A DNA stretch of 64,000 bases from Candidatus Ratteibacteria bacterium. GTDB taxonomy: Bacteria > Ratteibacteria > UBA8468 > B48-G9 > DTJG01. Under the pieces are notes generated by a model. That model was not told the origin of the DNA and did no database searches. It worked only from the letters and a program-made list of their open reading frames with translations. The stretch lies in NCBI GenBank assembly GCA_041656495.1, contig JBBADJ010000002.1, positions 1 through 64,000 on the forward strand. Direction: 5' to 3'. A program made the translations under genes and the position numbers. Below are positions 39,674 through 48,061 of this stretch, one piece after another; positions within the stretch are counted from its first letter, which is position 1, and every line of letters begins with the position of its first letter.

Positions 39674-40462
39674 TTATTCTTCAGTAGCTAAGCTTTTCAT
39701 TTTTTCATCTATTTCAGAATAAAGAATCAAGCCGGCCTGTTCAAAAACTTTCAGCAAATCTTCGTAAGTATTTTTACCACCGAGCAAATCCCAAAATTCT
39801 TGTCCGACAAAAACTTCTTGCCGCAAATCAAACAAGCCCTGCAATGTCCATCGTTCGTATGGTTTTGGTTCATAAGGATTGTAAGGAATTGCCACAATGG
39901 TTTTAAGATTGACCTTTGGATTTACGCTTCCTCGCATTGCAATCCATTCAAGCATTTGTTTTTTGATTCCAGTAAATTCATTGATATTTGGTTTTGCGGT
40001 CTTTATTTCAAAATAGGATTCAGTTCCATCCTTCATTTCTACAAAAAGATCCACGCGTTTTTTCATTTTCCTTCCTAAATCTCCTTTATTCGCTACTGAT
40101 AAAACTTCTCGTGTCTCTTTCTCTTTATCAGGTCTACGCGAAGCAGAGCGTAAATCACGCATAATGCTATCAATTTTCAGAACTGCTTCGCTACTGATAT
40201 ATCCTTCAAATTCTCTATATTGTCCGATTGCGCGACGTGCTCTTGGTTCAGCAATTACTTGACCAACCTTTTCAAAGATTGAGATACCAAGCATTGTATT
40301 TACTGATTGAATAAAGGAGAATAAGGCCATTCTATCTTTGCCGAGTAAACGAAAATGAAATGGCATTGCATGAGTTTCAGGACAATACGTCTCTAATTTT
40401 TGACGAATTTTTTCTACCAAATAGTCCTTAATATAGTTGCTTTGTTCTGTTGTTAGCCCCAT
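39674..40462 (-). CDS. Putative type II restriction endonuclease (PD-(D/E)xK-like) partnered with the adjacent methyltransferase
   Basis: 262 aa. Candidate catalytic segment VDLFVEMKDGTESYFEIKTAK. It lies 2 bp downstream of the MTase gene in a low-GC islet. Confidence 0.4.
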   Translation of the reverse strand: MGLTTEQSNYIKDYLVEKIRQKLETYCPETHAMPFHFRLLGKDRMALFSFIQSVNTMLGISIFEKVGQVIAEPRARRAIGQYREFEGYISSEAVLKIDSIMRDLRSASRRPDKEKETREVLSVANKGDLGRKMKKRVDLFVEMKDGTESYFEIKTAKPNINEFTGIKKQMLEWIAMRGSVNPKVNLKTIVAIPYNPYEPKPYERWTLQGLFDLRQEVFVGQEFWDLLGGKNTYEDLLKVFEQAGLILYSEIDEKMKSLATEE

Positions 40463-40463
40463 A

Positions 40464-42050
40464 TTATTTATCCTTACAATGAAAAATTATTTCTGAATAG
40501 GGCGACTTATCTCTCTCGGTTCTGTTTAATACCGGCCTTTTAAATTGATTTACGATTTTCATACCAGCATAATCAATAATAGTTGCATAAAGATTATATT
40601 TATCGTTGGCTACCAAGAATACATCAAAATCTTTTACCAAAAATTTTCTTGCATTCAATAAAACCTTTGCGATTCCTTCAATATAAGAGGCGCGCGCTTC
40701 CGCACCTTGACCTTTATAAAGAGGGCCTATTTCAAGGTCATCTCTGCGCTCAAAACCAAATAAATCGTAAGCATACGCGTGTTGTTCATGGTAATCAATT
40801 TGGCCAACATAAGGAGGAGAAGTAAAAATACCTTTGATTTTTTGTTTAGTTAACATTGCATAGAAGGATTTGTTTCGTTTTTCTACCTCCTTGAAAATAT
40901 CAACTGAGCGAGAATCTGCTGGAACAACAAGATACTCTGAATCAGACCTTAGATTCGCAAAAGTTTTAAGCCGATATAAGGTATCTGTCGCATAGCGATC
41001 AAACCAGGTTTTTATTGAAAATAAAGGTTTGCATATCTTTTTATGTTTCCAGCAATAATAAGTGGTTAGTTGAGGTTCTTTAAGGGTAGCTAAATCAGAA
41101 TGTGTCGTTGCGCGGCAAGACCGTATCGTCCGACTCAAAATCACCGCCAAAACCTTCTTATTTTTCGGATCCTTAATTTTCTTAATCTGTTCAGAAGCAA
41201 AATCAATTTCTTTTCTCGTGTTCTTAATATACCACCTGTCTAAAAAATTTTGGGGGGAAGAATGATTAAGTTCAATACCATATTTTTTAATCAGTTCTTT
41301 GTAAATTTTCAAAAATTCCTTCTCTTTTTCTTCCGAATATTTGGTCTCGTTTATCTTTTTTCTCTGCACTTTAAACTTAAACTCCGGACTTGGAAAATAT
41401 CTATTATTAAATTCAGCCATACGAGTCAATAATTCATTTTCAAAATCCGCAACATTATTATCAGTTTCGTATCCCGCGATTGCTTTTTTTACTTTTTTCA
41501 CTTCGTTTTCAAGAGAAGGAAAATCATAATTTAAAAGTTTTACCTCTGTAATCATGCAATTAAAATGGGATATATCAATCCCGATTGAATGTATACCCAT
41601 TTCATGTGCTTGCACAAGAGTTGTTCCAGAACCGGAAAATGGATCAAGAATTATATCGCCTGTTTTGAAATAATGAGCTTTTTTAAAATCATCTGTGTGG
41701 TTATCAATAAAATATTGAACAAGTTGAGGGATAAACTTGCCCTTGTATGGATGCAAACGATGCACATGCTTGGTTGTATCTTTTTCTCGTAAATGGTCAA
41801 ATGATAATGCCCAATTTAAATCCTTGCCAAGTCGTTTTTTCCAGTTACTTTCTTTTTGACCGCGATATGATTCGTAATAGTGCTTTAAATCATCAACATC
41901 AACAAATACAGAATCACCGCTGTTATGCTTTTTTACTTTTCCGTACTGCACCAAATATGAGATATTTGACTCGCTCACATCTCGTTTCATAAAATCGCTT
42001 GCCCACTTGCTTGCCTCTTTAATAGTGACCATATTTTTTGTATGTTGCAT
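40464..42050 (-). CDS. DNA (N6-adenine or N4-cytosine) methyltransferase
   Basis: HRLHPYKGKFIPQL...GDIILDPFSGSGTT (the HPxxKP plus motif I block of amino-MTases) and FTSPPY (motif IV) about 260 aa downstream. Confidence 0.75.
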   Translation of the reverse strand: MQHTKNMVTIKEASKWASDFMKRDVSESNISYLVQYGKVKKHNSGDSVFVDVDDLKHYYESYRGQKESNWKKRLGKDLNWALSFDHLREKDTTKHVHRLHPYKGKFIPQLVQYFIDNHTDDFKKAHYFKTGDIILDPFSGSGTTLVQAHEMGIHSIGIDISHFNCMITEVKLLNYDFPSLENEVKKVKKAIAGYETDNNVADFENELLTRMAEFNNRYFPSPEFKFKVQRKKINETKYSEEKEKEFLKIYKELIKKYGIELNHSSPQNFLDRWYIKNTRKEIDFASEQIKKIKDPKNKKVLAVILSRTIRSCRATTHSDLATLKEPQLTTYYCWKHKKICKPLFSIKTWFDRYATDTLYRLKTFANLRSDSEYLVVPADSRSVDIFKEVEKRNKSFYAMLTKQKIKGIFTSPPYVGQIDYHEQHAYAYDLFGFERRDDLEIGPLYKGQGAEARASYIEGIAKVLLNARKFLVKDFDVFLVANDKYNLYATIIDYAGMKIVNQFKRPVLNRTERDKSPYSEIIFHCKDK

Positions 42051-42681
42051 ATTATTTAATCACATCATCAGTATTACTATGAAGAGTTTGAGGAATGTTA
42101 GCCATTGCAATCACAGACGGCTTTTTATTATCCTTAATTTTCATCAATATGGTATATTTAACGCTAGATTTTTTGACAAACTCTTTTTAACGATAAACTC
42201 TGCTTTGTTCTGTACTTTCTTCTATTTTTACTATCCTCATTTCTGTTGTCATATTTTGCAATAATTTGATAGTATGTAATGGATATGTTTTTCTTTTAAT
42301 ACTATAATACCAAATAAATTAGAATCAATCAATGATCTGTCATTTAAAGATTAAAAGTGCACGAAAAAGCTCTCTTTAGAAGAGAAGGAGGAAAGGCTAA
42401 CATAGGATAGGTACGGCTTTTTTTTTAGAGAAGAGCGCTTGACCTCTACTGAAAATCAGATTGCCCACTCGCAGAACTCCTCTTCTTTATCAAAACAAAA
42501 TACATTCTCTCAGAAAGACTTCTACAGAACTATCGTATCAAGAAAGAATGTTAGAAGAAAGAGAGTAGTATTACTGATACATAGGTTACACTTTATTCTT
42601 GGGACGAAGGTAGTATACCAGGAAGTGTAAACCATGTGCTCGGAATATTGTGTTAAGGATGTGCTCGGAATATACCCCCAG

Positions 42682-42759
42682 TGGTCGGGGGAGAGGGATT
42701 TGAACCCTCGGCCTCATGGTCCCGAACCATGCGCGCTAACCGAGCTGCGCTATCCCCCG
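42682..42759 (-). tRNA. tRNA-Pro (anticodon CGG), CCA encoded
   Basis: The minus strand reads CGGGGGATAGCGCAGCTCGGTTAGCGCGCATGGTTCGGGACCATGAGGCCGAGGGTTCAAATCCCTCTCCCCCGACCA. It has a C1:G72 pair, anticodon loop TTCGGGA and T-loop TTCAAAT. Confidence 0.8.
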
Positions 42760-42771
42760 AGGCCTATGGAG

Positions 42772-42845
42772 CGCGCCCAGCCTGATTTGAACAGGCAACT
42801 TCCAGGTCCGCAACCTGGCGCTCTATCCAGTTGAACTATGGGCGC
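42772..42845 (-). tRNA. tRNA-Arg with anticodon read as GCG (unusual; ACG is the common bacterial form)
   Basis: The minus strand reads GCGCCCATAGTTCAACTGGATAGAGCGCCAGGTTGCGGACCTGGAAGTTGCCTGTTCAAATCAGGCTGGGCGCG. Anticodon stem CCAGG/CCTGG, loop TTGCGGA, A20 present. It lies 12 nt from tRNA-Pro. Confidence 0.65.
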
Positions 42846-42883
42846 TATGGTCGTATGTAAAAGGTAAGGAGTTATAGTATACC

Positions 42884-43411
42884 TTATTTTTTCATTCCGT
42901 AAAAATCAATACCTCGGCTATCTATACAGACCATGGCGGGAAAATGTTCCACTTCAAAACGAAAAAGCGATTCTGGACCTAAATCTTCAAAGGCAATCAC
43001 TTCGCTTTTTTTGATAAAACGAGAAAGGTATGCCCCGCATCCGCCAAAGGTAATTAGGTAAAGCGCGCCATGGCGACCGATCTCTTTCCTTACCTCTTCT
43101 CCGCGATAGCCCTTGCCAATCATTCCCGCCAGACCCTCTTCAAGAAGTGCGGGAGTAAATGGGTCCATCCGAATACTGGTGGTAGGACCGCAAGAACCCA
43201 CTACATCCCCGGATTTAGTAGGAGAAGGACCTACATAGTAAATCCATTGGTTTTTCAGAGATATGGGAAGAGGCGCGCCCCTCTGCAGAAGTGTTACATA
43301 ACGTTTATGCGCCGCATCCCTCATCCCATACAAAGTACCGGAAAGAGATAGCCAGTCCCCTGGACGAAGAGAAGAAAAAAAGGTTTTTTCACAGGGAAGG
43401 ATTAGATTCAT
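42884..43411 (-). CDS. Fe-S hydro-lyase (fumarate hydratase / L-tartrate dehydratase) beta subunit
   Basis: GPTTSIRMD...GKGYRGEE pattern of class I fumarase beta chains. The start Met (MNLILP...) overlaps the alpha-subunit stop (ATGA). Confidence 0.7.
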   Translation of the reverse strand: MNLILPCEKTFFSSLRPGDWLSLSGTLYGMRDAAHKRYVTLLQRGAPLPISLKNQWIYYVGPSPTKSGDVVGSCGPTTSIRMDPFTPALLEEGLAGMIGKGYRGEEVRKEIGRHGALYLITFGGCGAYLSRFIKKSEVIAFEDLGPESLFRFEVEHFPAMVCIDSRGIDFYGMKK

Positions 43412-44253
43412 GAAAGAACCTCCCTGGCAGTGCGGTGCGCCCAGCACGAAATAGAGACCGCTAGGGGAAGGCCGGCAATATGGGTAGGAAACTCTTTCAC
43501 CCGTACATCAAGACAGGTATAACGGCCGCCTAATCCGCCAGGGCCTATTCCCAGTGCATTAACCTGCTGTAAAATTCTGGTTTCAAGAAGAGAAGTAGAG
43601 CAAGCACGGGATTCTCCTGTAAGAAAAAGAGCTTCTTTGGAAAGAAGAAGCGCTTTCTCCGAAGTACCGCCGATCCCTATCCCGAGAAAAATAGGAGGAC
43701 AGGGGTTTGATCCCGCCTTTTTTACAGTCTCTACAATACAATGGATAATCTCTGATTCGTCGGAAGAAGGAGAAAGCATAAAAAGGCGTGTGGTATTTTC
43801 TGAACCAAAACCCTTGATCATAGAACGAATCTCAAGGGTGTCGCCAGGAACACTCTCAATCCAGACAATCGCAGGAGTGTTGTCTCCGGTATTTTTCCGT
43901 TCTCGGGGGCTTACCACAGATCTTCTTAAATAAGAAGAGGAGGAAGCACGGCGCACTCCTTCATCCGCAAGGGCCTGTAACGAAGAGTATCCGCAAAAAT
44001 CAATAGATGCGTTTATACCAAGAGAGAAAAAAATAAGCGCCATTCCTGTATCTTGACACATAGGGATTCTATCGCGGGAAGCAATGGCAATATTCTCTAT
44101 AATGGCATTGAGAACCTTTCTTCCAAAGGGATCTTCTTCTTGAAGTGCAGCCGTAGAAATAAGGCTCTGAATCTGGGGTTCAAGCGAAAAATGGCTTTCT
44201 CCAACAAGACGTTCCACCACCTCAATAATCGTCTCGGCGCAATACTGTTTCAT
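43408..44253 (-). CDS. Fe-S hydro-lyase (fumarate hydratase / L-tartrate dehydratase) alpha subunit
   Basis: 281 aa with a Cys triad region (MCQDTGMA..., CG..., ISCWAHR) typical of class I fumarase/TtdA alpha chains. Confidence 0.7.
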   Translation of the reverse strand: MKQYCAETIIEVVERLVGESHFSLEPQIQSLISTAALQEEDPFGRKVLNAIIENIAIASRDRIPMCQDTGMALIFFSLGINASIDFCGYSSLQALADEGVRRASSSSYLRRSVVSPRERKNTGDNTPAIVWIESVPGDTLEIRSMIKGFGSENTTRLFMLSPSSDESEIIHCIVETVKKAGSNPCPPIFLGIGIGGTSEKALLLSKEALFLTGESRACSTSLLETRILQQVNALGIGPGGLGGRYTCLDVRVKEFPTHIAGLPLAVSISCWAHRTAREVLS

Positions 44254-44960
44254 TCTTCTTTCACATGGTATGAAATAATTGTATGAAGTGCTTTTTCAAC
44301 GGTCTGAACAATACCCGCTGGAAGGTATTTTATCATTAAAACCTGGTTCAGAGGAACACGGGAAAGAAAACGCATAACATCAAGACTGCCTGGATGAAGC
44401 CGAAATGCGGAGGCCTCTTGAGTCCGACACCTTCTACAGACAGTTCCTCCAACTCTTCCGCTAAAACAATCAAGATCTTCTGTGCGATGACATAAAAGAC
44501 AACGGTCAAGAAAAGGACCATACCCAAGAAGAACAAGAAGACGGATAAGAAAGGAAATTTCAAGGACTTCATATTGATCCGCAACCATAAGGGTTTCTCC
44601 GGTTGCGAGCAAAAGAGCAAGGATATCCTTTCCGTCCTGACGGGTCTGCGGAATATACTGGTCTGCCCTTTGCAGAGAACGACGCCAAAAGATTAGTTTT
44701 TCTCGTTCATAGGTAAAATGACGTAGAAGAAAGGGCTGGTCAACTAATTCAAGACCTCCGGAAGGCCGAGGATATAGAACTGCTTCAATCCAAGAGCCAA
44801 CCTGATAGGAAACAGGCGCCACTTTTTTCCGCGGAGAACGAACTCCTTTCATAATACCGGAAACTTTTCCATAACGATCAGTGAGAAAATGGATGATGAC
44901 ACTGGTTTCTCGGTAATCAAATTTTTTAAGGATTATCCCTCGTACTTGTACAGGAGGCAT
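44250..44960 (-). CDS. recO: DNA repair protein RecO
   Basis: N-terminal OB-fold pattern (GIILKKFDYRETSVIIHFLT) and a C-terminal zinc finger CLLCH...CRRC. Confidence 0.7.
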   Translation of the reverse strand: MPPVQVRGIILKKFDYRETSVIIHFLTDRYGKVSGIMKGVRSPRKKVAPVSYQVGSWIEAVLYPRPSGGLELVDQPFLLRHFTYEREKLIFWRRSLQRADQYIPQTRQDGKDILALLLATGETLMVADQYEVLEISFLIRLLVLLGYGPFLDRCLLCHRTEDLDCFSGRVGGTVCRRCRTQEASAFRLHPGSLDVMRFLSRVPLNQVLMIKYLPAGIVQTVEKALHTIISYHVKEE

Positions 44961-45050
44961 ATCATTCCTTTGATAGTATGTAATCCATACCATTGATCTT
45001 TTTTTCTATGGACAGATCATCAAGAATGGAGGAAAACTCTCGTACAAAGG

Positions 45051-45785
45051 TTATGGAGCTATTCTAACTGCGCTGAGAATCTGAAAAACAAGTATGGTGA
45101 TAAAGATACCCGCGACCGCACCAATTAAAACTTCGCCAAGAGTATGGATGCGCTTTACGATTCTGCTCTGCGCAACCCAGAATGCAAGTAAAAAAACGAG
45201 CAATGAAATAAGGGGTTCCTGACGAAAAGTAAGAAAAGAAATGATTGTCCATATACTAAAGGCGATTCCACTGTGAATACTCGGCATCCCTCCGGTAACA
45301 AGCGCCCTGCCTTTGACAAGCGCTTTGATTGCCAAATACAGGAAAAAAATAATGAGAAAGGCAAAGAATGTAAAGTACCAAGGAGAATCCGCAATATTTC
45401 CAAAAGCATCCCGAAAAGAGGGAGGGAAATGGCGGGAAAGAACCAAATACCCTACAACCACCGAGCAAAAAGATGCCACAAGTACCATCGCCGCGCTTAC
45501 ATCCTTTACCCGCCTTGCCTGAATATCATATTTTTTTTCCATAACATCCACAATCATTTCCACAACAGTATTCATAAATTCCGCAACCAAAACAATAACA
45601 ATCATCAAAATAATTAATAAAAAGTCGGTAAGAGGAAGCTGAAGAAAAACACTTCCCATCGCCACACAAAATGCGATCGCAAGATGAATCTGAAGGTTCC
45701 GTTCTTTCTGTACTGCATAGAAGAAACCCCGAATAGCATGCGTAAAGCTTGCCACGAGATCTGAAGGTCGTTCACTCTGTTTCAC
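45051..45785 (-). CDS. dgkA: Diacylglycerol/undecaprenol kinase (DgkA) fused to a PAP2-type phosphatase module
   Basis: The N-terminal 120 aa match the DgkA family (AIRGFFYAVQKERNLQIHL, NTVVEMIVD, VKDVSAAMVL). The C-terminal 110 aa carry PAP2 motifs PSIHSG and SRIVKRIHTLGE. Confidence 0.6.
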   Translation of the reverse strand: MKQSERPSDLVASFTHAIRGFFYAVQKERNLQIHLAIAFCVAMGSVFLQLPLTDFLLIILMIVIVLVAEFMNTVVEMIVDVMEKKYDIQARRVKDVSAAMVLVASFCSVVVGYLVLSRHFPPSFRDAFGNIADSPWYFTFFAFLIIFFLYLAIKALVKGRALVTGGMPSIHSGIAFSIWTIISFLTFRQEPLISLLVFLLAFWVAQSRIVKRIHTLGEVLIGAVAGIFITILVFQILSAVRIAP

Positions 45786-46218
45786 TATCGCTCCAATATT
45801 CAGCGCATAACATATCTTGCGCTCTTAACATTCTATCACGGGAAGAATGGGTAGAATCGCTGTAACCGGAACAATGAAGAATACCATGAAGAAAAAGATA
45901 AAATATCTCTTTTTCTATGGAATGATCTGCCTCTATAGCCTGACGTGCCGCGGTATCCACAGAAATAAGTATATCCGCGTTCGGACCAATCTTAAAAGAA
46001 AGAACATCGGTCGGTCCTGAGATTCCAAGAAATTTTTTATGAAACCGCGATATGCTTTTATCGCTTACCAGAACAACTGAAATTTCATAGAGGGAACGAA
46101 TAATATGCGGTTCATACCGATAAAGAGCATCCCGTATTTTCTGTATATCAAGCCTGATCCGGCGTTGGCGGTTCTGTAGAAGAACTCTTCGCATTCTCTT
46201 TTTTTGCATAGTCGTCAT
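45772..46218 (-). CDS. ybeY: Endoribonuclease YbeY (start uncertain; the listed ATG overlaps the phoH 3' end)
   Basis: HGILHCSGYSD metal-binding motif and PTDVLSF. Confidence 0.75.
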   Translation of the reverse strand: MTTMQKKRMRRVLLQNRQRRIRLDIQKIRDALYRYEPHIIRSLYEISVVLVSDKSISRFHKKFLGISGPTDVLSFKIGPNADILISVDTAARQAIEADHSIEKEIFYLFLHGILHCSGYSDSTHSSRDRMLRAQDMLCAEYWSDSETE

Positions 46219-47179
46219 AAGCCTTAATAATCTTTTTTACCAAAGGATGACGAACCACGTCTCTCCCGGAAAAATAGATGAATTTTACCTCCCGTACTCG
46301 GCTTAAGATCTCTTCACAGGCAACAAGTCCCGAACGTTCACGAGAAAGAGGAAGATCTATCTGGGTAATATCTCCGGTTACCACCGCCCTTGAATTGTTG
46401 CCAAGACGGGTAAGAAACATTTTCATCTGTTCATGTGTTGTATTTTGCGCTTCGTCAAGAATAATAAAGGCATCGTTCAGGGTACGTCCCCGCATATAGG
46501 CTAAAGGAATAATTTCAATCATTTTCCGAGAACTCCATCTTCGCAGATCTTCATATCGGAGAAGATCATAAAGCGCGTCATAGACAGGTTGAAGGTAAGG
46601 CTTGATCTTTTCTTCAAGGTCTCCCGGAAGAAAACCAAGACGTTCTCCGGCTTCAAGGGCTGGCCGTGTAAAGATAACCCTGTGGAAATCACCATTCCGA
46701 AGAGATTCAATCGCAAGCGCCACCGCAAGATAGGTCTTTCCTGTACCCGCGGGACCAATACCTATGGTTAAATCTGAAGATCTGATAGCGCGAACATAGG
46801 CCCTCTGCCGAGGAGTTCTAGGCTGGATAGAATGTTTCCGAGAATTGATAAGAATAGAATCAGGGCCCTGATCAGAAGGATTCTCCTGAGGATCAGTATC
46901 TGAGGAGATAAGAACGTGCGTAGCAGAAGGTTTTCCTGCAAAAAAGTGCAACAGATCTGTCTGTTCAATTTTACCGGTTCGGTGATATTTCTTTTTGAGT
47001 TCGGAAAGAACTTCAATTCCTCGTTCCACATCGTCCTTGTCGCCTCTGAGGTATACTGTATTGCCGCGTGCGGAAATCTGAATACCAAGAAGATTTTCAA
47101 GGTAAGAAAGATGACGGTCTCGTACACCAAAAAGCGAGCGCGCTTCATCAATAGAGAAAGAAAGAACCTTCTGCGTCAT
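46148..47179 (-). CDS. phoH: PhoH-like ATPase
   Basis: Walker A GPAGTGKTY, Walker B ILDEAQN and an N-terminal KH-like region. Confidence 0.85.
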   Translation of the reverse strand: MTQKVLSFSIDEARSLFGVRDRHLSYLENLLGIQISARGNTVYLRGDKDDVERGIEVLSELKKKYHRTGKIEQTDLLHFFAGKPSATHVLISSDTDPQENPSDQGPDSILINSRKHSIQPRTPRQRAYVRAIRSSDLTIGIGPAGTGKTYLAVALAIESLRNGDFHRVIFTRPALEAGERLGFLPGDLEEKIKPYLQPVYDALYDLLRYEDLRRWSSRKMIEIIPLAYMRGRTLNDAFIILDEAQNTTHEQMKMFLTRLGNNSRAVVTGDITQIDLPLSRERSGLVACEEILSRVREVKFIYFSGRDVVRHPLVKKIIKAYDDYAKKENAKSSSTEPPTPDQA

Positions 47180-47961
47180 AAACGGGGCGGAAGAGTCAGC
47201 ACCACTCCCACAGGGAGCGTTTGAGGACTCTTAACAATCTTTCGGTTGGCGTCCCAGATCCGTTTCCACTGACTGGAAGAACCATAGAATTTCTGCGCAA
47301 TGCCTCCAAGGGTATCTCCGGAACGGACAGTATATGTCTTTGCGGAAGAGAAAGAGGAAAGTTTTGGTTCATTGTCAAGAACAGGTTCAAGGGATTCTGT
47401 CTTCTGTGCGGCCTTGATGCGTCCCAGCTCTGCCATAGTAAGATTGGCGGCGGCAATAGATTTTGCGGATGCTTCGTTGGAGGCGGCAACCGAACGGTTC
47501 GCGGCATCTGTTGCCCGTTTTGCCGCTTCATCAGAATGGGCTATAGAACGTTTCGCGGCATCGTCTGCATGCGCCATAGCAAGTTTTGAGGATTTATCTG
47601 AAGCGGCAATCGCCTTAGCAGATGCTTCGTTTGCGGCTTTAATAGCTTTTTCTGAAGCTTCATTGGCTGATTTTACCGCCTCTTGAGAGGCCGAAATCGC
47701 CTTATTGGCCGCTTCTAAAACTTTTTCAGAGGTTGCGTTCGCCTGGTTGGCGGTATTGTAAGCCTCCTGGGCATATTTCTCCGCGTTTTTACTTACTTCC
47801 ATAGAGGTTTCCGCAATCGCCCTTGATTGCGAAATTTTAGACTCTAAAGTTTCCTTCTCAGAAAAAGCCATCGTCGGCTGAGACAAAGAGGAGGAACGTT
47901 GTACGGTCGTACATCCAGAAAAAAGAACTGTTATACATGCGTACAGTACGATTTTTTTCAT
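47176..47961 (-). CDS. Lipoprotein with Ala-rich 11-mer repeats and a C-terminal LysM domain
   Basis: Signal peptide plus lipobox MKKIVLYACITVLFSGC. Repeats of type EASEKAIKAAN/EASAKAIAASD, then LysM (YTVRSGDTLGGIAQKFYGSSSQWKRIWDAN). The start ATG at 47961 was confirmed in the DNA. Confidence 0.6.
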   Translation of the reverse strand: MKKIVLYACITVLFSGCTTVQRSSSLSQPTMAFSEKETLESKISQSRAIAETSMEVSKNAEKYAQEAYNTANQANATSEKVLEAANKAISASQEAVKSANEASEKAIKAANEASAKAIAASDKSSKLAMAHADDAAKRSIAHSDEAAKRATDAANRSVAASNEASAKSIAAANLTMAELGRIKAAQKTESLEPVLDNEPKLSSFSSAKTYTVRSGDTLGGIAQKFYGSSSQWKRIWDANRKIVKSPQTLPVGVVLTLPPRL

Positions 47962-48061
47962 TTCTACACCCCGCAACATAGTAAATCCCGCCAGAAAAAA
48001 GAATGGTTCAGCCGCTATGTAACACTTCTTCAAATTATTTCCAAAGGATACAAAAACTCTA

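Larger units (their letters stand above)
39640..42640. mobile_element. AT-rich ~3-kb R-M genomic islet inserted between the antiporter gene and a tRNA pair; no integrase or att sites identified
   Basis: There is a marked drop in GC (about 33 % by eye versus about 46 % in the flanks), with long AT-rich non-coding stretches at 42060-42430. It is adjacent to tRNA-Pro/tRNA-Arg. Confidence 0.4.

Noticed and set aside
39640-42680. att sites or an integrase for the R-M islet
   Set aside because: No integrase- or recombinase-like ORF was found. No copy of the tRNA-Pro 3' end was found at the distal islet boundary near 39640.
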